NCBI GenBank assembly: GCA_016235455.1 | Contig: JACRKZ010000007.1 | Span: 1 to 22,740 of the forward strand | Reading direction: 5' to 3' | DNA: 22,740 nucleotides | DNA from: Armatimonadota bacterium | GTDB lineage: Bacteria > Armatimonadota > UBA10988 | Part shown: positions 15,592 through 22,740 of the stretch, in pieces | How positions within the stretch are numbered: the first letter of the stretch is position 1 | Layout of the letters: the number at the start of each line of letters is the position of its first letter | Position numbers and translations under genes: made by a program | The notes under the pieces: generated by a model | Database searches by the model: none | The model's input: the letters and a program-made list of their open reading frames with translations, nothing else | Told to the model about the DNA's origin: nothing

Positions 15592-16532
15592 TCGGCGGCC
15601 CGCCGCTGCGTCCGCTGGTGCTCGCCGCCGGGCTGGGCCAGCGGCTGCGCCCGCTGACGCTGACCCAGCCCAAGCCGCTGGTGCCGGTCTGCGGCCGGCC
15701 CGTGGTCGAGCCGCTCCTGGAATGGCTGGCCGACTCCGGGCTGCGTGATGTCGCCATCAACAGCCACTGGCTGCCGGACGTGCTGCGTGACCACCTGGGC
15801 GATGGCTCGCGCCTGGGCGTGACGCTGCACTGGCAGCATGAGCCCGAGTTGCGCGAGGGCGCGGGTACCCTCAAGTCGTTCGAGCAGTTCCTCGGCGAAG
15901 CCACGGCCCTGGTGGTCAATGGCGATTGCGTGCTGGACATCGACCTGGCGGCCGCGGTGGCCGCGCACCGAGCCGCGGGCAGCGTGCTCACGCTGGTCTG
16001 TGCGCCGGTCATGGGTCCGCTGGCCAGGCCCGTTAGCTTCGACGAGTCGGGGTGGTTGCGCGGTATCCGGCGCTACGGCCTGGACGATCCACGGGGCAGT
16101 CAGCGGGCCGAGTTCATTGGCGTCCATCTGGTGGAGCCCGAGGTATGGCGCCGCCACATCCCGCGCGGCAAGCGCTGCAATCTGGTCGCCGACGTCATCC
16201 CGCGGCTGCTGGCGCGCGGCCTGCCCGTGGCGGTCCACGTCGCATCCGGCCTGTTCTGCGACATCGGCGACATCGACAGCCTGCAGCGTGCGGCGCGGCT
16301 GGTGCTCGACCGGCGGCCGGCGCGTTACCTGCGGGCCGCGCAAGAGGTCAGCTTCGGTGTCTGGTGCGAGCCCGGCGCGCAGGTGCTGGGCCAGGTTGTG
16401 CCGCCGGTCTACCTGGGCGCCGGCGCGCGGCTGGCGCAGGGCGCCCGGCTGGGCCCCTACGCGGTCCTTCCGGCCGGCTGCACGTTGCCGGCGGGCGCCT
16501 TTCTGGCGTATGGTGTGGGGCAAGGAGCCTGA
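15588..16532 (+). CDS. Sugar-1-phosphate nucleotidyltransferase, MurU-like (start revised to GTG 15588)
   Basis: LAAGLGQRLRPLT...PKPLVPV, INSHWL, VVNGD, FCDIG; short C-terminal hexapeptide-like repeats; GTGA overlap with the femX-like stop. Confidence 0.88.
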   Translation: MIGGPPLRPLVLAAGLGQRLRPLTLTQPKPLVPVCGRPVVEPLLEWLADSGLRDVAINSHWLPDVLRDHLGDGSRLGVTLHWQHEPELREGAGTLKSFEQFLGEATALVVNGDCVLDIDLAAAVAAHRAAGSVLTLVCAPVMGPLARPVSFDESGWLRGIRRYGLDDPRGSQRAEFIGVHLVEPEVWRRHIPRGKRCNLVADVIPRLLARGLPVAVHVASGLFCDIGDIDSLQRAARLVLDRRPARYLRAAQEVSFGVWCEPGAQVLGQVVPPVYLGAGARLAQGARLGPYAVLPAGCTLPAGAFLAYGVGQGA

Positions 16533-16533
16533 G

Positions 16534-17805
16534 ATGAGCGAGGAGACCCGCTGGCCGCGACTGTACCGCGTTACGCGGCGCTTCCCCGGCACGCCGGTGG
16601 CCGATATCGCCGCCGCCACGCGCGAGGCCCTGGGCGCGCTGCACCTGGAGTCGCGGGTCAAGTCCGGCCAGCGCGTCGTCATCACTGCGGGCAGTCGCGG
16701 CGTGGCCAACATCGTGGCCGCCACCGCCGCTGCCGTGGCCGAGGTCCGGCGGCTGGGCGCCGAGCCCATCGTCATCCCGGCCATGGGCTCACATGGTGGT
16801 GGTACGCCCGAGGGCCAGCTCGCGGTGTTGAGCAGCTACGGCTTCACCCCCGACGCCGTCGGTGCCCCGGTCATCTCGCAGGGCGAGGTCGTCGGACTGG
16901 GTAACACCGAGGGCGGCGTGCCGCTCTTCGCCGACCGCCTCGCCGCCGAGGCGGACGGCATTCTGGTGATCAACCGGGTCAAACCGCACACCGACTTCAC
17001 CGGCGAGCTCGAGAGCGGGCCCAACAAGATGCTGGCCATCGGCCTGGGCAAGAAGCACAGCGCCTCCACCTGCCACAGCTGGTTCTGCGAGCGGGGCTAC
17101 GACGCGGTGCTGCGCGAGGTGGGCGCGGCGCTGTGGCAGCGACTGCCCATGCTCGGCGCGCTCGGTCTGGTCGAGAACGGACACCATGAGACCGTGCGCA
17201 TCGGTGCCGTGCGACCCGCCTCGCCGCACGCCGATGAGGCGGAGCTGCTCGCGGAATCGCGCAAGGTTTTTGGTTACCTGCCGTACGAACGGCTCGACGT
17301 TCTGGTCGTCGACCGTCTGGGCAAGGACATCTCCGGCTCCGGCATGGACCCCAACGTCACCGGGTCCGACGGCTGCAAGCTGCATGGCCGACGGCAGACG
17401 CCGTTCATCTGGCGCATCTGCGTGCGCAACCTGTCGGCCGCGACACACGGCAACGCCACCGGCATCGGCAACGCCGACTATGCCCTGCGGCGGTGCGTCG
17501 ACCAGGTGGACTGGGCGGCGACCTACACCAACACCGTCGCCGCGGCGTCGCCCGAGGGCGCGCGCTGCCCGGTGGTGTTCGACACCGACGCGGCCATGCT
17601 CGAGGCGGCCTTCCGCACCTCCGGCCCGCGGCCGCCGGCCGGCAAACGGCTGGTGTGGATCCGCGACACTCTGCGTGTGGACGACATCCTGGTCAGCGAG
17701 GCGCTGCTCGACGAACTGCGCGACGAGCTCGTGACCAGCATCTCACCCTATGAGTCGGGGCTTGATCTGGACCACGACGGCTTCCTGGGCAACCCCTGGG
17801 CCTAG
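16534..17805 (+). CDS. LarA (lactate racemase)-superfamily / DUF2088-type protein (start revised to ATG 16534)
   Basis: ITAGSRGVANI, PAMGSHGGGT.EGQ, INRVKPHTDF, ESG..KMLAIGLGK, GKDISGSGMDPNVTG, GNATGIG.AD, IRDTL; SD AAGGAG at 16522-16527. Confidence 0.82.
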   Translation: MSEETRWPRLYRVTRRFPGTPVADIAAATREALGALHLESRVKSGQRVVITAGSRGVANIVAATAAAVAEVRRLGAEPIVIPAMGSHGGGTPEGQLAVLSSYGFTPDAVGAPVISQGEVVGLGNTEGGVPLFADRLAAEADGILVINRVKPHTDFTGELESGPNKMLAIGLGKKHSASTCHSWFCERGYDAVLREVGAALWQRLPMLGALGLVENGHHETVRIGAVRPASPHADEAELLAESRKVFGYLPYERLDVLVVDRLGKDISGSGMDPNVTGSDGCKLHGRRQTPFIWRICVRNLSAATHGNATGIGNADYALRRCVDQVDWAATYTNTVAAASPEGARCPVVFDTDAAMLEAAFRTSGPRPPAGKRLVWIRDTLRVDDILVSEALLDELRDELVTSISPYESGLDLDHDGFLGNPWA

Positions 17806-18092
17806 CCAGAGAGCGCCCGCGCGAAGTCCACGTCGGCCTGCGTCACGCCGCCCGCGGAGTGAGTCGTGGTGGTCACGGTCAGCGTGCGCGTGGTGGTGCA
17901 GAGCACGACGTCGGGGTGGTGTCCGGTGGACTCGATAGTGTCGGCCAGCCGCCGCACGAGCACGGTGATCTCCGCGAACGAGGCGCAGATGAAGCGTCGA
18001 GTGAGCGCGCGGCCCAGGAATGCCCAGTCCGGCAGCGCGGCCAGCGCCTCGGCCACCTGCGCGGGACCCAAGGCCCGCTTGTCTTCCGCCAT
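17802..18092 (-). CDS. Pterin-4-alpha-carbinolamine dehydratase (start revised to ATG 18092)
   Basis: 96 aa; LPDW, L.RRF...SF, GHHPDV, TTHSAGGVT..DVDFA; SD GGGAG. Stop overlaps the convergent LarA-like stop in CTAG. Confidence 0.9.
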   Translation of the reverse strand: MAEDKRALGPAQVAEALAALPDWAFLGRALTRRFICASFAEITVLVRRLADTIESTGHHPDVVLCTTTRTLTVTTTTHSAGGVTQADVDFARALSG

Positions 18093-18104
18093 GGCGTGTC
18101 TCCC

Positions 18105-18137
18105 AAAAGCAAACGGCCCGGCCGAAGCCGGGCCGCT
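18105..18137 (-). terminator. Intrinsic terminator after the response regulator
   Basis: Minus strand AGCGGCCCGGC-TTCG-GCCGGGCCG-TTTGCTTTT: perfect GC stem, C(UUCG)G loop and U tail. Confidence 0.85.
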
Positions 18138-18168
18138 AAGCCTAGTGTGTAGCCTGGCGCTGGTTCGG

Positions 18169-18909
18169 TCAGGCGGCCGGCCCGCTGGGCGGCACCACGG
18201 TCTCGATCTCCGAGGAGAGCATGTAGCCACGGTTGCGGATGGTCTTCAGCAGAACGCCATAGCCGCCGGCGACATCCAGCTTCTTGCGCAGGCGTGAGAT
18301 GTGCACGTCCAGCGTCTTGGAGTCATCGTAGACATCGTCGCCCCACACGGCCTGGAAGATGTGCGCGCGTGACAACAGCGTGCCGTAGTGAGAGGCCAGC
18401 GTGTAGAGCAGCAGGAACTCCTTGCCCGAGAGGTTCAGATCGATCTCGCCGAGCATGCCCAGTTGGGCAGAGAAGTCGAGCCGCAGGGGACCAACAGTGA
18501 CCGGCGGCAGCGCCAGCGGCGCCTCGGCGCGTGGCGTGCGGTTGGCGCGGCGCAGCACGGCGCGAATGCGGCTGACGAGTTCCTCGCGATCGAAGGGTTT
18601 GGCAATGTAGTCGTCGGCGCCCGTCTCCAGGCCCCGGACAATACTCTTGGTGTCGTTCAGTGCCGTGACCATGATGATCGGCACGTGCGAAAAATCGCGC
18701 ACGCGACGGCAGCACTCGAATCCGTCGAAGTCCGGCAGCAGCACGTCCAGCAACACCAAGTCGAATCGCCCCCCACGCAAAGCCGCGATCGCCTCCTCAG
18801 CGTCGGCGGCCGCGGTCGCGACGTACCCACTGGCCTCCAGCATGCGCGCGATGAGCAACCGCGCCTCGAAGTCGTCATCGACCACCAGAATGCGTTGCGT
18901 TTCAATCAT
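18169..18909 (-). CDS. OmpR/PhoB family DNA-binding response regulator (start revised to ATG 18909)
   Basis: ILVVDDD, LVLLDVLLP, PIIMVTA, GADDYIAKPF, LSGKEFLLL, TLDVHISRLRKKL, TIRNRGY. Confidence 0.95.
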   Translation of the reverse strand: MIETQRILVVDDDFEARLLIARMLEASGYVATAAADAEEAIAALRGGRFDLVLLDVLLPDFDGFECCRRVRDFSHVPIIMVTALNDTKSIVRGLETGADDYIAKPFDREELVSRIRAVLRRANRTPRAEAPLALPPVTVGPLRLDFSAQLGMLGEIDLNLSGKEFLLLYTLASHYGTLLSRAHIFQAVWGDDVYDDSKTLDVHISRLRKKLDVAGGYGVLLKTIRNRGYMLSSEIETVVPPSGPAA

Positions 18910-18987
18910 AGGTTCTCTGCCCTGACCGAGTGATTGCGCTGTCCGGATGGACCGCGCCCGCCGTGCTGTTGCATTCGGCGTAGCACT

Positions 18988-18993
18988 ATTATA
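18988..18993 (-). promoter_or_regulatory. Consensus -10 box (TATAAT) upstream of the response regulator
   Basis: Perfect TATAAT on the minus strand ~80 nt upstream of the ATG; no consensus -35 at 17 bp. Confidence 0.5.
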
Positions 18994-19176
18994 CATCCGT
19001 GCCCCAGGCTATGCTCCATGTTGCGGACACCAATCGTTTACATTCGCCTTAACTAGTCGTGTCGCGCGCGCGTGAGAGGGGTTGGGTGGGGCGGCGAGTC
19101 GGCCGCGCCATGCGCCCAGGGAGGTCGGTCTGGCGAGGGACTGTGGGGGCCGCGCTTGGTCGGCCGAGGCGAATGC

Positions 19177-19205
19177 TTGACCAAACTGGCCAGGTGGGTT
19201 AGTAT
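19177..19205 (+). promoter_or_regulatory. Sigma70-type promoter TTGACC-N17-TAGTAT of the str operon
   Basis: -35 at 19177-19182 and -10 at 19200-19205 (alternative TATCCT at 19203-19208). Confidence 0.6.
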
Positions 19206-19508
19206 CCTCAGCCTGTGGGCAGGTGCTAGAACGCACCTACTCGCATCCGATAGACGATCGGAACCACGCCGGGCACTGCTCGAACCGCTGCGGGCGCGAC
19301 TGCGCAGTAGGCGATCAGGCCGCCACCGAGTCGAACCGTGTCCTTGCGTGGACGGGAAGCGCCTAGCGCTGACACGGCTCGCCACACGCGACGCCCCAGT
19401 GCCCGCCGCCCGTCACTACCACGTCGTCTAGGGCGCGGTTTGCGCGATAGATGGGACCGGAGCTGGCTGCTCGAGCGCCCTCCGGCCAAGAGAATTAAGG
19501 GTTACGGT

Positions 19509-19925
19509 ATGCCGACCATCAACCAGTTGATCCGCAAGGGCCGCAATCGGCAGCGCACGAAGAGCAAGTCGCCCGCGCTGCAGTTCGGCTACAACGTGCT
19601 CAAGCGGCGCAGCTATCCCGTGCAGGGCGGTTCGCCCCAGAAGCGCGGCGTCTGCACCAAGGTCTACACGACGACGCCTAAGAAGCCGAACTCGGCCCTG
19701 CGTAAGCTGGCCCGGGTGCGCTTGACCAATCGTCGTGAAGTGCTGGCCTACATTCCGGGCATCGGCCACAACCTGCAGGAGCACAGTGTGGTGCTCATTC
19801 GCGGTGGTCGCGTCAAGGACCTGCCGGGTGTGCGCTACCACATCATCCGCGGCGCGCTGGACGCCACGGGCGTGGCCAACCGCAAGCAGGGCCGCAGCAA
19901 GTACGGCGCCAAGGCGCCCAAGTAG
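19509..19925 (+). CDS. rpsL: 30S ribosomal protein S12 (start revised to ATG 19509)
   Basis: [57 protein letters not shown]. Confidence 0.99.
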   Translation: MPTINQLIRKGRNRQRTKSKSPALQFGYNVLKRRSYPVQGGSPQKRGVCTKVYTTTPKKPNSALRKLARVRLTNRREVLAYIPGIGHNLQEHSVVLIRGGRVKDLPGVRYHIIRGALDATGVANRKQGRSKYGAKAPK

Positions 19926-19945
19926 CTGCGGGTGAGGAACGGGAT

Positions 19946-20416
19946 ATGTCTCGCAAGTCCACGATTTACTTTCGGCCGGTAAGCCCCGACTCGGTTCTGG
20001 GCAGCACCACCACGGAGCGGTTCATCCGCTACCTGATGCGTGGTGGCAAGCGCACGCGCGCTGAGTACTGCATGTACGGTGCTCTGCTGCGCATCGCCGA
20101 GCGCACTGGCCGCAACCCCCTCGAAGTGTTCGAGGAGGCGTTCATCAATGTACGGCCCCGGGTCGAGGTGCAGAGCCGCCGTATCGGTGGCGCCACCTAC
20201 CAGGTGCCGGTGGAAGTGCGACCGACTCGGGCGGTTGCGCTGACCATTCGCTGGATCGTCAACGCGGCTCGCTCGCGCGGCGAAAAGGGGATGGTCGAGC
20301 GATTGGCCAACGAGTTGATCGATGCGGCGGGCCGCGGCGGCGGCGCCTACAACCGGCGCGAGCAGATCTACCGCATGGCGGAGGCCTCCAAGGCATATGC
20401 CCACTACCGCGTCTAG
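19946..20416 (+). CDS. rpsG: 30S ribosomal protein S7 (diverged)
   Basis: 156 aa between rpsL and fusA; [44 protein letters not shown]. Confidence 0.96.
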   Translation: MSRKSTIYFRPVSPDSVLGSTTTERFIRYLMRGGKRTRAEYCMYGALLRIAERTGRNPLEVFEEAFINVRPRVEVQSRRIGGATYQVPVEVRPTRAVALTIRWIVNAARSRGEKGMVERLANELIDAAGRGGGAYNRREQIYRMAEASKAYAHYRV

Positions 20417-20474
20417 TACGAATAGCCGCACGATTCCGTCGCAGACAGCAGGCGCGGAGCGGAAGGGTCGAGCA

Positions 20475-22556
20475 GTGGCGCGAGAATTCCCACTGGAGCG
20501 AGTTCGGAATATCGGCATCGCAGCACATATCGATGCCGGCAAGACGACCGCGACTGAGCGCATCCTGTTCTATACCGGCCGCACGCACTCGCTGGGTGAG
20601 GTCCATGAGGGCACGGCCACCATGGACTGGATGGAAGAGGAACAGCAGCGCGGCATCACGATCACCGCGGCAGCCACCACGGCTCGCTGGGATGATCATG
20701 TGATCAACATCATCGACACGCCTGGGCATGTCGACTTCACCGTCGAGGTGGAGCGCAGCCTGCGGGTGCTCGACGGTGTGGTCGCTGTGTTCTGCGCGGT
20801 GGCCGCGGTCCAGCCGCAGTCGGAGACCGTGTGGCGCCAGGCGGACAAGTACCGCGTGCCGCGCCTCGCCTTCGTCAACAAGATGGACCGCATCGGCGCC
20901 GACTTCCTCAAGGCGGTACAGTCCATGCGCGACCGGCTGGGTGCCAATGCGGTGCCCATCCAGCTGCCCATCGGCGCCGAGGACTCCTTCGAGGGGGTCA
21001 TCGACCTGGTCGAGCAGCGCGCCATCATCTATCAGGACGTGCTGGGCTCGGACTACGAGGTCGGTGAGATTCCCGAGGACTACCGCGAACAGGCGGCCGA
21101 GTACCGGCTGCACCTGATCGAGGCCCTGGCCGACGTGGATGACCAGTTGCTCGAGAAGTATCTGGCGGAAGAACCGATCTCCACCGAGGAGATCAAGCAG
21201 GCCATCCGCCAGGGCACCGTGGCCTCGATGATCGTGCCGGTGGTGTGTGGCTCGGCCTATCGCAACACGGGTGTGCAGCCGCTGTTGGACGCGGTGGTGG
21301 CTTATCTGCCGTCGCCGCTGGACCGCGGGAACACCGTGGGTCGCCATCCCAAGACGCTGGAGCCCATCGAGCGTGCGCCGTCGGACGACGCGCCCTTCTC
21401 GGGTCTGGCGTTCAAGGTGATGAACGACCCGCGCATGAACCAGAAGCTCACCTATGTCCGTATCTACTCGGGCACGCTGAGCAAGGGCATGCAGGTGCTC
21501 AACGCCGCCAAGGACCAGAAGACCAACGTTGGTCGCGTGCTGCGCATGCATGCCAACAAGCCAGAGGACCTGGCCGACGCTCGCACCGGCGAGATCGTCG
21601 CGGTCGTTGGTCTGCGCGACGTGGCCACTGGTGACACGCTGTGCGACTTGCGCGACCCGATCGCCTTCGAGAACATCACGTTCCCGGAGCCGGTCATCTC
21701 CATGTCCGTGGAGCCGCGCAGCCGTGCCGACGAAGAGAAGTTGTCCACGGCGCTGGCGCGACTGCGGGACGAGGATCCTACGTTCCGCGTGCGCTACGAC
21801 GAAGAGACGGGCCAGACGGTCATTTCCGGTATGGGTGAACTGCACCTGGAGATCATCGTCAACCGGCTGCTGCGCGAGTTCAACGTGGGGGCCCGTGTGG
21901 GCACCCCCGAGGTGAGCTACCGCGAAGCGCTGGGCAAGGCCGCGCGTGGCGAAGGTCGCTTCGTGCGCCAGACCGGCGGCAAGGGCCAGTACGGCCACTG
22001 CGTGCTGGAACTGGAGCCGCTGGGCGAGGACCACGCGGGCGGGTTCGAGTTCGTCGACGGGACGATCGGCGGGGTCATTCCCCGCGAATACATGCGCAGC
22101 ATCGAGGCGGGCGTCATCGAGGCCGCGGAGAACGGTGTGCTGGCGGGCTACCCGCTGGTGGACTTCCGCGCCACGGTGGTCGACGGCAGCTACCACGAAG
22201 TGGACAGCTCCGAGATCGCCTTCAAGGTGGCCGGCTCGATGGGTCTGCAGGACGCTGCTCGGCGTAGCGGCGTGAAACTGATGGAGCCGATCATGAAGGT
22301 CGAGGTGGTCACCCCGCGTGACTACCTGGGCGATGTGATCGGCGACCTGAACCAACGACGGGCGCGCATCAACGCGATGAACCCGTCGCCGGGTGATACC
22401 GAGACGATTATGGCCTTCGTGCCGCTGGCTGAGATGTTCGGGTACGCCACCGCGCTGCGGTCGTCCAGCCAGGGCCGGGCTACGTATACGATGGAACCCG
22501 CACGGTACCAAGAGGTGCCCGCGAGTATCCGAGAGGAATTGCTGGCGAAGCGATGA
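20475..22556 (+). CDS. fusA: Elongation factor G (start revised to GTG 20475)
   Basis: [80 protein letters not shown]. Confidence 0.99.
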   Translation: MAREFPLERVRNIGIAAHIDAGKTTATERILFYTGRTHSLGEVHEGTATMDWMEEEQQRGITITAAATTARWDDHVINIIDTPGHVDFTVEVERSLRVLDGVVAVFCAVAAVQPQSETVWRQADKYRVPRLAFVNKMDRIGADFLKAVQSMRDRLGANAVPIQLPIGAEDSFEGVIDLVEQRAIIYQDVLGSDYEVGEIPEDYREQAAEYRLHLIEALADVDDQLLEKYLAEEPISTEEIKQAIRQGTVASMIVPVVCGSAYRNTGVQPLLDAVVAYLPSPLDRGNTVGRHPKTLEPIERAPSDDAPFSGLAFKVMNDPRMNQKLTYVRIYSGTLSKGMQVLNAAKDQKTNVGRVLRMHANKPEDLADARTGEIVAVVGLRDVATGDTLCDLRDPIAFENITFPEPVISMSVEPRSRADEEKLSTALARLRDEDPTFRVRYDEETGQTVISGMGELHLEIIVNRLLREFNVGARVGTPEVSYREALGKAARGEGRFVRQTGGKGQYGHCVLELEPLGEDHAGGFEFVDGTIGGVIPREYMRSIEAGVIEAAENGVLAGYPLVDFRATVVDGSYHEVDSSEIAFKVAGSMGLQDAARRSGVKLMEPIMKVEVVTPRDYLGDVIGDLNQRRARINAMNPSPGDTETIMAFVPLAEMFGYATALRSSSQGRATYTMEPARYQEVPASIREELLAKR

Positions 22557-22603
22557 CCCGGTGATGCCGGGTATGGGGACCCCCTAGGAGGCGAAGCGTT
22601 ACG

Positions 22604-22740
22604 ATGGCACGTCAGAAGTTCGAGCGCACCAAGCCGCACGTGAACGTGGGCACGATTGGTCACGTGGACCATGGCAAGACCACCCTGACCGCCGCGATCA
22701 CCCGACTGCAGGCGACCAAGGGCTGGAGCAAGTTCGTGCC
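22604..22740 (+). CDS. tuf: Elongation factor Tu (5' part, truncated by the window end)
   Basis: Translates to [33 protein letters not shown]; SD AGGAGG at 22586-22591. Confidence 0.98.
   Translation, partial: MARQKFERTKPHVNVGTIGHVDHGKTTLTAAITRLQATKGWSKFV

Noticed and set aside
7627-17805. Nucleoside-antibiotic biosynthetic cluster with a self-resistance MraY
   Set aside because: No nucleoside-tailoring enzymes, NRPS, exporter or cluster regulator; the MurG-, AmgK- and MurU-like genes point to cell-envelope metabolism.
19509-19925. Streptomycin-resistance alleles or a novel insertion in S12
   Set aside because: PKKPNS and RVKDLPG are wild type; the insertion before SPQKRG is a known lineage feature (e.g. 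Bacillota).
1140-22511. Long shadow ORFs (e.g. 1140-2468 +, 3735-5114 -, 5142-7628 -, 7900-9348 -, 9706-11880 -, 20259-22511 -)
   Set aside because: Antisense or off-frame to well-supported genes; expected from stop-codon scarcity in high-GC DNA.

Overview
High-GC bacterial chromosomal window; the S12 insertion and gene content suggest a Terrabacteria lineage such as Armatimonadota (inference only). From left to right: a sugar-phosphate isomerase/epimerase; a ~480-bp gene-free, hairpin-rich interval holding a near-consensus sigma70 promoter, an antisense 29-codon ORF with a strong, sequestrable Shine-Dalgarno and a 9-mer palindromic repeat; ruvCAB on the minus strand; a three-gene carbohydrate-type cluster (SMP-30 lactonase, URO-D-family protein, secreted GH20-like/CBM protein); a tightly packed 9-gene, ~10.2-kb operon; a pterin dehydratase; an orphan OmpR-family regulator; and the str operon (rpsL, a strongly diverged rpsG, fusA, start of tuf). 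The operon encodes an acyl-CoA ligase, GNAT, FHA protein, an atypical 670-aa MraY, a divergent MurG, an AmgK-like kinase, a FemX-like transferase, a MurU-like nucleotidyltransferase and a LarA-family protein. The best novelty candidate is this operon, which looks like a stand-alone muramic-acid salvage to lipid I/II pathway with no Mur ligases. The second is the candidate type I toxin-antitoxin/structured RNA locus at ~929-1220.
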